Shown here piece by piece: positions 39,049 through 52,085 of a stretch of DNA of 64,000 nt. The first letter of the stretch is position 1, and every line of letters begins with the position of its first letter. The notes under the pieces are model-generated. The model saw only the letters and a program-made list of their open reading frames with translations, ran no database searches and was not told the DNA's origin. Source of the DNA: Vicugna vicugna (lineage: Eukaryota); contig MU058221.1 in the NCBI GenBank assembly GCA_013265495.1, forward strand, positions 3,162,001 to 3,226,000. The letters run 5' to 3'. Made by a program: the position numbers and the translations under genes.

Positions 39049-40332
39049 GGGGGGGGCCCTTCCTCAGAGAGACCATGACTTAAAAACCTTATCGTCTTAT
39101 CATTTGACCTTGTGTGTATTTAATTTTCCACGTTATCATTGGTTTGAAACATTTAATGAATCCAAACAGCCATCTATTCTAGCATTCTTTTTCATAATTT
39201 TATGACTTTTAATCATTTCTTCGCTTAACTAAATAAGGGGAAAGTAATCACTAGCTAATCTCTGTGTGGACTTATGTTTCTCATAATATAAATTTCTTTG
39301 AAATTATTTGAACCATGGTTGGAGCTATTGGAATTGGACCGATCAGTAACTGAACTGCAATTCAGCCAAAAAAAAAAAAAACAGTTAAAATTTTATATAC
39401 TGGTATTAAAGATGCCTATGAACTGAATTATTCAAGTAGCAATGTTCACAATTTTCTATGTTTTTATAAATAATAAATTATGTGCATGCACATATATATG
39501 TATATATGTATATATATATATAATTCTGGGGCTGTATCTAAGGCGGTAATTGATACATGAAATATCTTTACATGTTCATTGAATATGAGTATTTGTGTTC
39601 CTCTCAGTGGCTTGTACATCAAATGCGCTTACTGAAATCTTTTTTCTTGATTGACTGACAACAAACTTCCTAAGACAGCCAGGAGAAGAAAAAGCTATAA
39701 AAATCCTATGCATTTAATTCCTTGATATAAATCCATTTTATAGAGAAAGAGCAAGGAGTTCACCTTTTTTTCCTTGATGTGGCAAACATTCTTGAAGTAA
39801 ACATAAAATAAATGTATAGAACTCTTCTGTGTAAAAGGAACATTAGAGGGTCAAAGTTTATTCTATCACATTTAGCCACAGAAGCAAAGTAATTTACTGG
39901 ACTCCTAACCCTACTGTCAAGGCAAGGAAGTTACATTTATTACAAAAGTCAGGCACAGAGAGGGGGATAAAAAGTCGTGGAAATTCTTAGGGGAGGAACT
40001 TCAAGAACCTTAGACTTGCTGTGCTTGTAAGGAAAGTCCAATTTCCCTTCTGAGAGTTGAATGCAGATCTCCTTAATAGGAGTTGCTGTGAGCAGGAAAG
40101 AGGAAAAAAAATACGTTCATGAGAAGATCAACTTTGTGCAAAAGAGAATAAATGAAAGTTGCAGGGAAGGTGGCTGATACTGAAGGGAAAACAGGAAAAG
40201 ACATTAAAGGGTAAAGTAAAAGGAACCACTGGAAGCCATCAGGAAAGCAGAACTACCTCTGAATTTTCTTGTTCTGCATTGCCCATCCCACCACCAACAT
40301 GGAAGGCCAGACACAGAAGCCCTGAGCTGTGG

Positions 40333-40610
40333 CTTTTCTTTCTTCCTTCCTTCCTTTCTTTCCTTTTCTTTTCTTTCTTTCCTTTTCTTTTTCTTTCTTT
40401 CTCCCTTTCTTTCTTTCTTTCTCTTTCTTTCTTCCTTCCTTCCTTCCTTCCTTTCCTTTTCTCTTTCTTTCCTTTTCTCTTTCTTTCTTTCTTTCTTTTT
40501 CTTTCTTTCTTTCTTTCTCTCTCTTTCTTTTCTTCCTCTCTCTTTCTTTCTTTCTTTCTTTTCTTTTCTTTCTCTCTTCCTCTCTTTCTTTCTTTTTTTC
40601 TTTCTATCTC
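40333..40610. repeat. compound (TTTC)n/(TTCC)n polypyrimidine tract
   Basis: About 275 bp of almost only C and T. Confidence 0.95.
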
Positions 40611-41260
40611 AGCTTTCTCTTGGGAGTCTCCATCAGGATGACCATGATCAGTGGGGGTGGTAATTAGAGGAACTGGAGTCAGGTGGAGCCAGGAATATGC
40701 AGCCAGCACCTCCACCTGCGAGTGTGAAGACAGCTTTGATTCTTTTAGCAGATACAGTAAATGTGAGAAGTTATAATCAATGTAAGAAGCATTTTGGATG
40801 CGGTTCTGAGCTAAGTGTGACGTCCACATTTTGACTTTACTGAAGGAATCAACATAAAAGAAATCCTGGGGCCAGGAAACTCAGAGTAATACAGGGCTAC
40901 TCAAAAGGCACCCTGGGAATGATGGTAAATCCTGACCATCGTCCTGCGAGAAAGAAAAACATGTGTTAGATCAGTATATATTTGTTAAACACGTTATTCT
41001 GTGTGTGCCAGGTTGTATGCGGAAAAACAAGAATGAAAACCAACTGGTTTTTGTTCATTTGTTTTCAGTTCAACTTTGGAAGAGTTTCTTTTACCTGCAG
41101 GACTTCTTGGGTCCCCAGGAATTCCAGGAGCATCAGTTTAGGCAGGATATTCTTGCTAGTATTTCCGATTATGATTTCTGCTCATGGCATCAGCGGAAAT
41201 GTAAATCCCCATTTTGCGCGCTATGTGGGGTTTTAAATTCTCAGAGATGTTCACCTCCCA

Positions 41261-41400
41261 CAGCGGTTCTCAAACTGGGCTGCGCTTTGGGACTGCCTGC
41301 GCAGCGCAGAGGTCCTGGGCTCATCAGGCGGCGCGATGCGGCATCCCTGCTTTTCGTTCCTGTTCCTCTGCCCCCGCGGGCGCTGCTGGAGCACCTGGCC
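41261..41400. mobile_element. MER5-like hAT fragment, unusually CpG-rich
   Basis: The terminus cagcggttctcaaactgggctgcgctttggga resembles the MER5A end; the remainder is degenerate. Confidence 0.45.
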
Positions 41401-43969
41401 TGAGAGCCTCTGCCTTACGGACCGTGCTTGGCTGACTCTCCTCTGAAAGGTCAGACACCTTTCGCCGAAGGTGCAGCCCTCGTCTACAGGACACTGGCTT
41501 TTCACGGGTCTCTGTTCCCCCCCACTCCATGTCCTTGTCTAGTGTCCCGAGCCCCTAGACTGCACAAAGCCATAACCCCAGGTCAACCCAGCCCCGCCGT
41601 GCTGGCACACGTGTTTAGTGATCCAGCGATCAGGCGCCCTTCCTTTCTGAAAGCTGAGAAGTCCTTCTCCTTACTTCTTTTTCCCTTGCAAGCGTAGTTC
41701 TTCTGTTAAATCCCTCTTCTTCTATTTTATCCAGAAGTTCTAAGTGTTTGTGGCTGGCAGTTTTTGTACTGATTGTATCCCATTATTTCTTTTTATGTCT
41801 CAAGCTCAACTTAAATGTCAGCTCTTCAGCCAAGCATTTCCTTTTAGCCAGACTTTCTGTGTATTCTGTGAGCACCCCGTGCTCACCTGTATCAAGCCAC
41901 CTATGACTGTCACGGGGTCTTTAACGTGCATACCTGTCATTTTCAGTCCATATTGCACCACCTGAGGACCGTGGACCACGTCCTAAATAACACACTACAT
42001 CACGCTGTTACCCCAGTCCCTGGCCCAGAGAGACACAGGACGGAGATAAACTGGGTAAACCAAGATCCTAAGTGTTTCTTGCTTTTTTTTTTTTTAAAAC
42101 TACGGTTGAGAAGATACCACACAAATAGTCATTTCATAATTGCACACAGCATCACGATTTTTAAGAGGCAGCGGCTAGAATCCGGGCCGTCCGACTCAGT
42201 AGCCACTGACCGCATGTGGCCAATTTCAGTTGAATTACTTAACATTAAAAATTAGCTTCTTCCCCACACGACCCACATGTCAAAGACTTACCAGCCACAC
42301 GTGGCTGGGGGAACCTGTACTGGACAGCACGGAGTGTAGGGTATCTATCCAACGTTGCAGAAATTTTTAGGGGGCAGCAGAGAGAGAGAATGTTTTTGAG
42401 GCAGTTGGCTCCACTTTGCTGTGAAAATGCTACCAAAGGACCTTTCTATCCATTCTCAGCAGGAAGTTTTGAACTAAATTGTAATGACATCATTTGAAAC
42501 ACAAGTGTTAGCTCATTTCCCTTATCACAGAACAGTCACCCGGGGTCTCACCTGCCTTTAGGCTCTAAATAGCACCGCGGCGAGGCTTCTCACTTGACAG
42601 TCCAGCAGCCCAAGGTCTGGAGCAGCTTTGCCAAACCAACACAGAGTCTTCAAATGAAAAGGAGCAGATTACAGCGGAGAGAAGCTAGCCCACAGCTGGG
42701 CGCCCTGCTCCCCAGAGGACCACGGGACAGGTGCGCTCAGCAAGATGCGCCAGCGCAGTTGCCAAGCACCTGACGTCACCTGCTGCCGTGGGCGCAGACG
42801 GACTGTTTGTGCCCTTACAGCCCAGCACGACATTCCATCATGTGTGGATGCAGGAATTAGAGAAAGCAACGTGGCATCCAACATGCTGCCCGGGCGTGAG
42901 CCGAGCACGGTCCTCAGGAGTGTCCGCGTCAGGACCACGGGCAGCCCGGTGCACTGTCCGGCACTGCAGTACATCAGGGCCCCCTTTCTGTCCCTCCATA
43001 GCCTGTAAGGACTGATGCTGCCCCGAGGTGTTTATATTCCATTCCAAAGGTACATGCCTTTCCACAGCTCGCGGTTACGAGAATGTCTTTGGGTATTCAT
43101 AGGGCTATCCATCATGCTGGAGAAGACCGATCCTGTTTGGTAATTATTATCATAGAAATTCAAGTAAATGCCAGAATGGCGTTTAAAAAATACACGCCTT
43201 GGGAACTCTCCGTCTTCAATGATCAGAGTCTTGGGCAAAACTATTTTGTTTGGAACTCTCATTTTTTATTGACCTAGTCTCTTGTGGTTTGTTTGAAAAA
43301 GCTCACTGCAGAGATGTTAAATTTACTAGGTAAATCACACACAGATGTACACCCCTATACACACACACAAACACACATTTCTTAAGATAAAAAATAAACT
43401 AGTAGTATCCACTGACAGGAAAATATTCAGAACTTAAAAAAACATTCAGCAAGTTTGGTGACAGATCTTGCAAACTTTATGTCAAAGAGTGACAGCTGTA
43501 AATCCACTGACCAAAAGCTCTCTGTGTTTTCCTTTTATTTTTCTTTTTGATTTGGCTTTGAGTGTGAGAGAGCTGGTCTTATCCAGCTGGAACCTTTCTT
43601 TGGCTCATAAGCCCCAGAGTCACCTTTAAAGCATTCTTACTCTCACATCTGCTGCCGAGTTGAGGCAAAGTGACATCCGTGGCTTTCCCCATGATTGTTT
43701 AAAGCAGAAGATGGGGACTTGGATGTTGGCTAAGGTGAAACTGATTCTGCTGCATCTCCAACAGTCGGCACAGAGTGACTGTTTGAGGGTGACACGCCAT
43801 CGTTCTCACACGAACCCACCTTTCCTAATAACATTCTCAGAAAACACAGGGAAGAAAGAATTCTGGGAAGTCTGTGTTTTAACCACCCCTGTGTGAGTCA
43901 AACAGGGAAGGCGCCCAGAGTTGTGGTAGAAGCAGGGAGTTGCATGGGGAGGGATGCAAATTCCCAAAA

Positions 43970-44297
43970 TAAAGGGAAAGGGAAGAAGGAAGGGAGGAAG
44001 GCAGGGTGGGGGGATAGAAGGGAGAGAGAGAGGAAAGGAAGGAAGGAAGGAAGGAAGGAAGGAAGGAAGGAAGGAAGGAAGGAAGGAAAAGAAAGAGAAA
44101 GAGACAGAGAAGGAAAGGAAAGGAAAAGAAAGGAAAGGAAGAAGGAGGTGGGGAAGGAACGAAGAAGGAAGGAAGAAAGGAAGGAAGGAAGGAAGGAAAA
44201 GAAAGAAAGAGAAAGAGACAGAGAAGGAAAGGAAAGGAAAAGAAAGGAAAGGAAGAAGGAGGTGGGGAAGGAACGAAGAAGGAAGGAAGAAAGGAAG
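43970..44297. repeat. compound (GGAA)n/(GAAA)n polypurine tract with an internal 114-bp-period duplication
   Basis: Direct reading; 44091-44183 is repeated at 44205-44297. Confidence 0.95.
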
Positions 44298-44591
44298 TTA
44301 GGTAGTTGTAGGCAAAGACAGCAGAAAAATATAGAAACTCGCCATAATTTAACCATCTATTATTGTAAGGTAAAAGAAATTATTGGGGGAGGTCGAGTTT
44401 GGTGATGATTTTTTTTTTTAGCAAATTCACTGATCATTGTAGCTTGCATGTGTAGACACCTGCTCTCTTACTATGCCGTGTTGGAATCAGAGAGTGTGCA
44501 TGAAGCAGTGCTGCAAAGCAAGAAGAGTAATTACAGAAGGAAACTGGGGGGACACCCAGTGCGGCCAGCAAAGCCAGAGAAGAATGAGAGT

Positions 44592-44750
44592 ATTTTTTAG
44601 TATTTTATTTAAAATATGCTAATATTTGTTTTAATTTGGGGGAGGAGGTAGTTAGGTTTATTTATTTATTTTTGAGGAAGTGTGGGGGACTGAACCCAGG
44701 GCCTTGTACATGCTAAGCATGCGCTCTGCCACTTGGGCTCTACCCTCCCC
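44592..44750 (-). mobile_element. tRNA-derived SINE (camelid type)
   Basis: Minus strand reads GGGGAGGGTAGAGCCCAAGTGGCAGAGCGCATGCTTAGCATGTACAAGGCCCTGGGTTCAGTCCCC followed by an A-rich tail. TSD AAGAATGAGAGT (44580-44591) / AAGAATGAGGGT (44751-44762). Confidence 0.9.
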
Positions 44751-45291
44751 AAGAATGAGGGTCGTGAAGAGTGACTTAGGGCCTGATGGGGAGGCACTCC
44801 TGGTTGTTCTATCAACAATGGCAATCTTCACTGATCTTTAGCTTCTAAAACTCAGCACTACTCAACTGTCTGCACGGCTCAAGAGAAGCTAGATTTCCTG
44901 TAATTTATTTGTCAGATTCCTAGTACATAAAAGCCAGACTAACAGCAGGTCATGATGAGCTAGAAAAGATACGGAGAAAGTGAAACGTAAACAGTCACAA
45001 ACATTTTAACCCACGTTCCTTCTTTCATCACATAAATTTTCCTTGGAGGGGGACATGACTTCCGACTCCATCCATGAGACCATCACCCCTCTGGCGAACT
45101 ACGACTTCCATCCTCTGACTCTATAATTTTCAATATGTGAACAACACACTTTGGTATTTAGCTATATGCTGTCTTGCATTAATATTTTAAAATTTATTTG
45201 TATGTAGTTTCCCCAAAAAGACAGGTATTAAGTTTTTCTTTGTTTTAATTTTTACACAGTACCTCACACAGCGCTGTGCGTATAAAAGTCT

Positions 45292-46712
45292 CACCTCACA
45301 CTTCCTGGTTTCACACTTACTGTAAATCTACCGTAACCAAAACAGTGTGGCATTGGCTTAAGACAGACATACGGTTCTATGGGATAGAACTGAGAGTCCA
45401 GAAATGAACCCCTATATCTCTGGCCAATTAATTTTGACACAAGTGCCATCTATTCAATGAGGAAAGAGCAGTCCTTTCGACCGTTAGAAACTTGCATATC
45501 CACATGCAAAAGGGAACAGCTGGACCCCTCCCTCATGCCATATACAGAAACTAACCCAAAATGGATAAGTGACCTAAATATAAGATCCGAAGCCACGAGA
45601 TCCTTGTAAAGAAACACAGGGGTAAATTACCACGACCTTGAGTCTGGTGATGGATTCTTAGATGTGATACCAAAAGCACGGGCAACAAAAGGAGAAATAG
45701 ATGAACTGGACTTTATCAAAATTTAAAAAATATACATTTGTCAAAAGGTATAAAAAAGTGGATAGACAACCTTTTTAATGGCAGAAAATATTTGCAAATT
45801 ATGTATCTTATAAGTGTATAGTGTCCAGAATATATAAAGAACACTTACAACTCAAGAACAAAAAGACAAACAACCTTCTTAAAAATGAACAAAAGACATG
45901 AATAAACACTTCTCAAAAGAAGACAGACAAATGGGCAGCAGTTAGTCAATAGGAAAATATATATCAAAACAAAAGGAGGTATTACCCACCAGGATGGGTC
46001 TCGTCCGAATTATAGAAAATTCGAAGTGTTAACAAGGACGTGGACAATTGGAACCCTCATACATTGCGGGTGGGGGTGGTTTCAGCCCTGTAGAAAACAG
46101 TGTGGCAGTTTCTCAACAAGTTAAAAGTAAAATTACCATATGGTTGAACAATTTCACATCTTAGTATGTAACCAAAAGAACCAAAAACAAGTAGTCAAAA
46201 AAAACAAAAACAAAAAAAAAACCAACCTGTACACACAGGTAAATAGCAGCATGGTTCACAATAGCCAAAACCTGTAAACAGCCCGACTTTTTATCAGTGG
46301 AAGAACGGATGAAGAAATTGTGGTATAGCCATAAAATATAAAATTATTCAGCTATAAAAATGAATGGTATACAGAGGTATGTGACAACGTGAATAAGCCT
46401 CAAGAACACGGTAACCGAAATGAGCCATCGGCAGACGGCGGCGTATGGTATGATGCCGTTTGTATGAAGCATCCAGAATACAGACACAGTGCAGACTGGC
46501 GCTGCCTGAGGCTGGCTGGGGGTCGGGTGGGGGAGGACACGGGAAGCGGCTGCTTCGTGGGTACGGGGTCTGCTTTGGGGTGATAAACGTTTTGGAACTA
46601 GATAAAGGTAGTGATTGGATACCATTGTTAATTTACTATATTCTACTAAATTGCTCACTTTTTTAAATGGCCAACTTTCGTTATGTGAATTTCACTTCCA
46701 TAATGAAAAAAG
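45292..46712 (+). mobile_element. L1 (L1MB-like) ORF2 3' part and 3' UTR
   Basis: Degenerate ORF2 (…TKTVWHW…IESPEMNPYI-GQLIF-like text; tatccacatgcaaaag…ggacccct; gcagaaaatatttgcaaattatgtatc) followed by a 3' UTR ending ttatgtgaatttcacttccataatgaaaaaa. Confidence 0.9.
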
Positions 46713-47787
46713 GACTCGAAGATTGTTTCCTTATTATTTCATTCATTCGATAATAGTTTCAATTATTCATTAATTGTAGATTCATAGTTTAGTAAGACCA
46801 TTCATATGCACATTTGCTATCTGGAAGGGGTCCGCATCCGTTTAGGCCTGACTTACAGCTGGCAATGTTTTCTTGGTTTGGACCTGCTTTTAGACGTCAG
46901 TGGAGTAATCCTATTACAAGCCCGTTGGAAGCATGAGAATGGTCCGCAGACAGGGAAGGTGATGCGGCGGAGGAATGCTGATCACGGACATGGAAGGGCA
47001 AGGGCGCAAATGCCAGCAGCTGGCTTCTTGAAATTTGTGCTGACTTTAACCTTTCCTGTCAATGGAGGACCAATTCTGCATAAGCAGTGTTTCAGCCTCT
47101 GCACCGTTGTCCTTCTGGGCTCCATAATTCTTTGGTGAAGGGACCGTTCTGTGCAGCGCAGGAAATTTAACAGAAGCGCTGGCCTCTGCCCAGTAGAGGT
47201 TGATGAGAGTAGCAACCCCTTCCGTCCTCACTTGGCAGATTTCACTGGAAGTGGGAAAGACAAAGTTGCCCCTGACTGAGGGCTATCAATCTGCAGTGAC
47301 ATCTTCAGAAGTTTTAAAACGGAGTCCTCTAAACAGTTATGGTGTCGAAACTGTCACTTGTCTGTGAGAAAAACATGAAAATCACGAAGAAATGGTTGGA
47401 AGAAGTTTTTGTTGTGATCACTGTTAAGAACCCCTTTTTATAAATTCAAAGGACTGCTCATGTTTTAATAAAAGGTGTTTAAACTCTTAATTATGGTAAT
47501 TGTATTTGGCATTTTAATTAGTTGTTTTGTTGGAATGTTCTTGACATTGATGAGGCCTCAAAATTTATTTTGAAACATTTTGGCTTGGATTAAAAAAACC
47601 ACCACCTAAAAAAATCAGGACTCATTGCTTAGGACCAGAGCAAGTCTTTTTCTCCTTCAGTCAACTTTGAATGGAATCATCCTGGGATCCATACATACCT
47701 ATTGCCACGTAAGTAACTCAAATTAGGAAGCCACTTGTAAGAATCAAGATGAGAAAAAAGTAAAGGAAAGCCATTGTATTTTCTTAA

Positions 47788-47960
47788 CACAGAGGTTAAG
47801 AACTGGTACCCTGCAGTCCCTACATGGCCCGCAGGCATGCTTTGTATAACAGCATAATTGTTTTAAAGCTGTGATTTAATTGCCAGTATTTTCGAAGATA
47901 AGATTTTACATTTACACCTGCATTGCTGGCTCCTTTTTGACAATGGTAGGCTCACCTTTT
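47788..47960 (+). mobile_element. MER102-like hAT DNA transposon fragment
   Basis: cagaggttaagaactgg…tggcccgcaggcatgctttg…aattgccagtatttt…agattttacat…ctggctcctttttga. Confidence 0.55.
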
Positions 47961-48327
47961 GACACGGCGAAAGCAGCTGGAACTTAGGAAATTATTCCCA
48001 TCCAATTCAGTATATATTCACCAATGGACCCATTTATCTCCATCTTCTATCCACTTAAAGTTGTCCTGCTTGACTCATTTGTATTATTCTTAGAACAAAT
48101 TATTAAGAACACAAAACTGCTGTTATGCTGTGCTTTTTTTTTTCATAAAAGCCAGAAGGAGATGGTTTGAGCATCACTTAATAAAAGGTATCTGCATTTC
48201 ATTCTTTTTAAAACTCTTTAAACTAGTCTTACAAATACAATGACAGTGAAAATTATTCAAAGAAAAAGAAATCAAACCAATTATTTTGAAGTTTTATGAT
48301 TTCGTTGGTGTTTTTGTTTGTTTAAAC

Positions 48328-48856
48328 TGCCGACTAAAAAAAAAAAAAAAAAAAAAAAAAAAGCACAGCCTAAAAGCTGAAAGTTACGTTTTATTGGTTG
48401 GACTTTCTGAGCCTTGGACTTGAGCCTGGCAGGCAGCCTCTCAGATCGCTCTGAGAGACCGCTCTGAAGAGGCAAGGGAGGGGCCAGGATGTATAGGAGC
48501 TTTTGCAGCAAAGACGAGGTAGTTAGAACAGTAAACGATTATTGTTCATTAAAGAAAGCCAGATGGCTCAGTTAAGGAGCCCAGTGCTTTTCTGTGTGTG
48601 GGACGGTGCAAAGGTCTGCACTCACTGAGATCACTCCTTTGATGCGCACCTAGCTGTCCAGGGCCAGGGTCCTGTGCTTCCACACCCTGAGTTCCCGCAG
48701 GGGCACTGCTAGGGGTGGCCGCAGAGGCCGGGCTGCCTGCTCGTCTGCATCCTGAGTTCCCTCCGCTTATGCTCAGGTGTGGCAGTGGTGGCTGATGACT
48801 CGATGGCCACAGCATCCTTTGCTTACTGATACGGCAGGAAACATTTTTCATTCACA
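48328..48856 (-). mobile_element. ERV1-class solo LTR (MER41-like artiodactyl family)
   Basis: TG…CA termini, about 530 bp, AATAAA on the minus strand near 48390, a TATA-like element near 48492 and an internal repeat cctgagttccc. Family name is from recall; no TSD seen. Confidence 0.7.
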
Positions 48857-49308
48857 TGATGTTGAATTCAGAACAACCACAACAACATAAAGGCTTCAAT
48901 TCGTAACTGTACAGTTCAGCTAGGTTCTAAGTAATTTTTCTTCCCCCATATACCTAAAGGCCTTATTTACTTCCAGAGGTAACAGCAGATCATCAGAGAC
49001 ATGAGAGCCACTGACAAGAGGTGATGGGGAGGAGGCTCCCAGGATTTGCCGGGGGGAGATGCTATTCAAATTAAAAAAAAAAAAAACTCAGCAGGTAATT
49101 CTAAGAAACTGTTCCTCCAGTACCCAAAATTACTCCCACTGAGAGTTATTTATTTTGAACCTTTCTAAACTTGTCTGAAAGAGGCTTGGAAGTCCCTCCT
49201 GATGGTTTAAAAATACATGAATGGATGCATATATGGAACGTCTAATAAAAAGCCACATTACTAAGCGCTGATGAATGAAGAATTAAATTAGCCTCAGAAA
49301 TGGAATCA

Positions 49309-49717
49309 AGAGTTGCAATAAAAAAAAAAGCCTTTTCTTCCTTTTCCTCACCTTTCCTTGATGATTTCGTCTGCATTCCATTTCTTTCACCTCAGAAGCA
49401 AACCAGAAATAGAATGATAAACTAAAAAAGTAAAAAATAAACTTAATGGATTAATTCACATAACTGAATAAAATATTTCATGTCCAGAGCCATCACTGCT
49501 CTTAGATCTACCAGAGTTGCAATAAAAAAAAAAAGCCTTTTCTTCCTTTTCCTCACCTTTCCTTGATGATTTCGTCTGCATTCCATTTCTTTCACCTCAG
49601 AAGCAAACCAGAAATAGAATGATAAACTAAAAAAGTAAAAAATAAACTTAATGGATTAATTCACATAACTGAATAAAATATTTCATGTCCAGAGCCATCA
49701 CTGCTCTTAGATCTACC
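49309..49717. repeat. head-to-tail tandem duplication (204 bp + 205 bp)
   Basis: 49309-49512 and 49513-49717 appear identical except for A10 versus A11. Confidence 0.95.
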
Positions 49718-52085
49718 CTGCTTGCAACACGTAGCGTTTCCCTTCTCCATTCTTGTTTTCTTTCATGCCTATAAACTCCTCTCCCAGATCACTCTCCCTC
49801 TTCACATCCTCTCTCTCATCACACTACGAATCAATCACGTTCGTGAAAAAAGAATGGCCTTGAAAATAAACAGGCCAGTCAGACTTTCCCTCCAACCCAG
49901 CTCAGCATTTTGGCCTGTCATCCCAGTGTAACTTCTTTATGTTCCACTGTCCCCAGACCCAACGTATTTCTTCTCTCTCTTCTACGGCCTGAAATTCAGA
50001 AGATCTGGTTCCTACCGCCAGTTCTGCCTTCGGAGCAGCTGGGCCGTGTCTCCGAGCCAGTTTCCTCATCTGTAGCCCTGAAGTTTCTTTCTATTGGCAG
50101 CATTCCTCGTGCCTCTGGAGTCACACACCTGCAGACCCAGGTGTTTCCCTGACACCCATGACGCTCTGGCTTAGCGGGCCAGGGCAGCAGCCACTTGCCC
50201 AAGCAGGGTGAAGGCCTCTATCGTGCTTCGCCGAGGGCATTACGGAAGGTGGCCAGAGGCCACTTTAAATTTATATGGTGCTGTACGGTGAATAATCGAT
50301 GCTCTCCCTCCCTCTCCCTTTGGGGGTGTTCGTCCTTTCGTTGATCGTTTCATCCTTTAAGCATCTAACCTTTACGTGCCCAGCAAATGAATGGACAAAC
50401 GAATGCAATGCCTGTTAGAAAAAACCCTTTTGATTTTGCTGAATGAACTGACTGCCTGGATGAGAAGAGAGTGTAAATCAAAATGTGCCGTTTACTTTAC
50501 AGACTAGCTGATAATCAGTCCCCCTTTAGCGATTTTTGTACTGAAGCAGGAGTTGTGCTAGCTTAATGGAGAACGATCCATACTAGAAATTCAGGAGAAA
50601 AATATTTCCTCCTGTTGTTGTCGGAATTGGTAAATGTTGAGTGACAAACGCACAACAAAAACTGTGAGCTGAACTGAACTAACGTTAGTCCTTGCTTCTT
50701 GTAGGTAGATGCTGAGGGCTTAGGTTGTCACAATGCCGGTTTTCCTTCCATAATCCTTTGGGCACTTGAGTTTATTTTTAGCTGGCAGGTTACTCATCTC
50801 ACAAATCATCTACAGAGAATGAAAAAAAAAAGTGGTTGATGCTATGGGAACAATATCTCTTTGCATTCCAGCCTTTTAAACCGGAACCAGCTTAATGTTG
50901 CATTAATGCAAAGGGAAGTGTGTCTGCATCTCACAGCACCTACAGCTCCATCAGCTGTCGCTTAGCAAGATCTGAACGTTTTACACGACATGATTTTAGA
51001 AAACTTTTGACCTTTTTGAGATTTTATTTATTGATTTTTTTAAATTTTGTTCCAAATGTCAGGAACCATCAAGGAACTTGTCTGAAAGGAAAAAGGTCAC
51101 CCCAAAGAAGAAAGGTAGTCCTGGGCTGAGAGACAGTGTTCCCTGTCGTCTGGCGTGGCGCGCTAACTGCCGAGCGCCTCAGTGACGGCTCACTTTTTGC
51201 TTTGGTCCGGGATGTAGGCACAAGGATGTTTCGGGAACTCCTGCAGCTGCTCCCAGTGCAAATCTGGTGAAATGTAACAAAGAATCCAAACCCATCTGCC
51301 ACGGTCAATGGAAGTCAGCGTCTTGAAACGCACGGCTCTTTGTGAAAGCCAGTTAAATACACTCGACAGAGAGGCAGTGTTTATTTGGAAGTGTTTCATC
51401 ACTAACCTGGGGTATCATTACAGAGGGACCGTTACGAACTAATTGCCATGTAGGAGGATGGTTTTTTCCTTACAACGAAGTATCCTTGATTGACTACCAG
51501 TCTTACTGCAATGACAAACTAGAATAAGTACATAAAAGCACAGGTTGATTCCAATGAAATAGAATCACATTCAAGATTTTTCTTAAAAGCTGATTCTGGA
51601 AGGAAGTGAAACCACACCAAGCAAATATTATGGAATTATTAGAAGTATTGTAAAAGGCTGTTGTTCTCTTGGCCCCTCCCACCTATTGTGAAAGAGCAGT
51701 TTTGTTCTGCAGGACGGAACGCCGAGGCCAAGGGGTGCTGCAGGCAACCACACTGCCCAGGAGCTACAGCTCACTGCTGGCAAACCTGGGGCTAGAAGTC
51801 TTTGGCTTTGGGCCCAGATGTCTGTATTTTTAAAAGCTCTCAAATAAAAGCCAAGGGGCATTTGACAACTCTGGACCTACATTATGAAGAACTGGCAGAA
51901 TCACTTCAAGATCTGCATTTGACTCAGAGAAACATAAAGTGAACGTAGCGGAGGTGACAATGCTTAGGGTGTTACAGAGACTCTTCACCTGAGACCAGAA
52001 ACTCAGTAGGATCAAAACAAAGAGGCTCCACTGATCTCCTTCACTGGGTTGGAAATTCATTAAGGCAGCGTTCACATCTCACGTA

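Noticed and set aside
40159..40829. Long ORFs (160, 196 and 112 aa) rich in F/L/S or K/E/R
   Set aside because: They are translations of the TTTC/TTCC microsatellite, which lacks stop codons by composition.
43893..44405. ORFs of 170, 152 and 115 aa
   Set aside because: They are translations of the GGAA/GAAA tract.
48328..48856. Interferon-gamma-inducible enhancer, as known for some MER41-family LTRs
   Set aside because: I found no intact GAS motif (TTCNNNGAA) in this copy, and the family assignment is from recall only.
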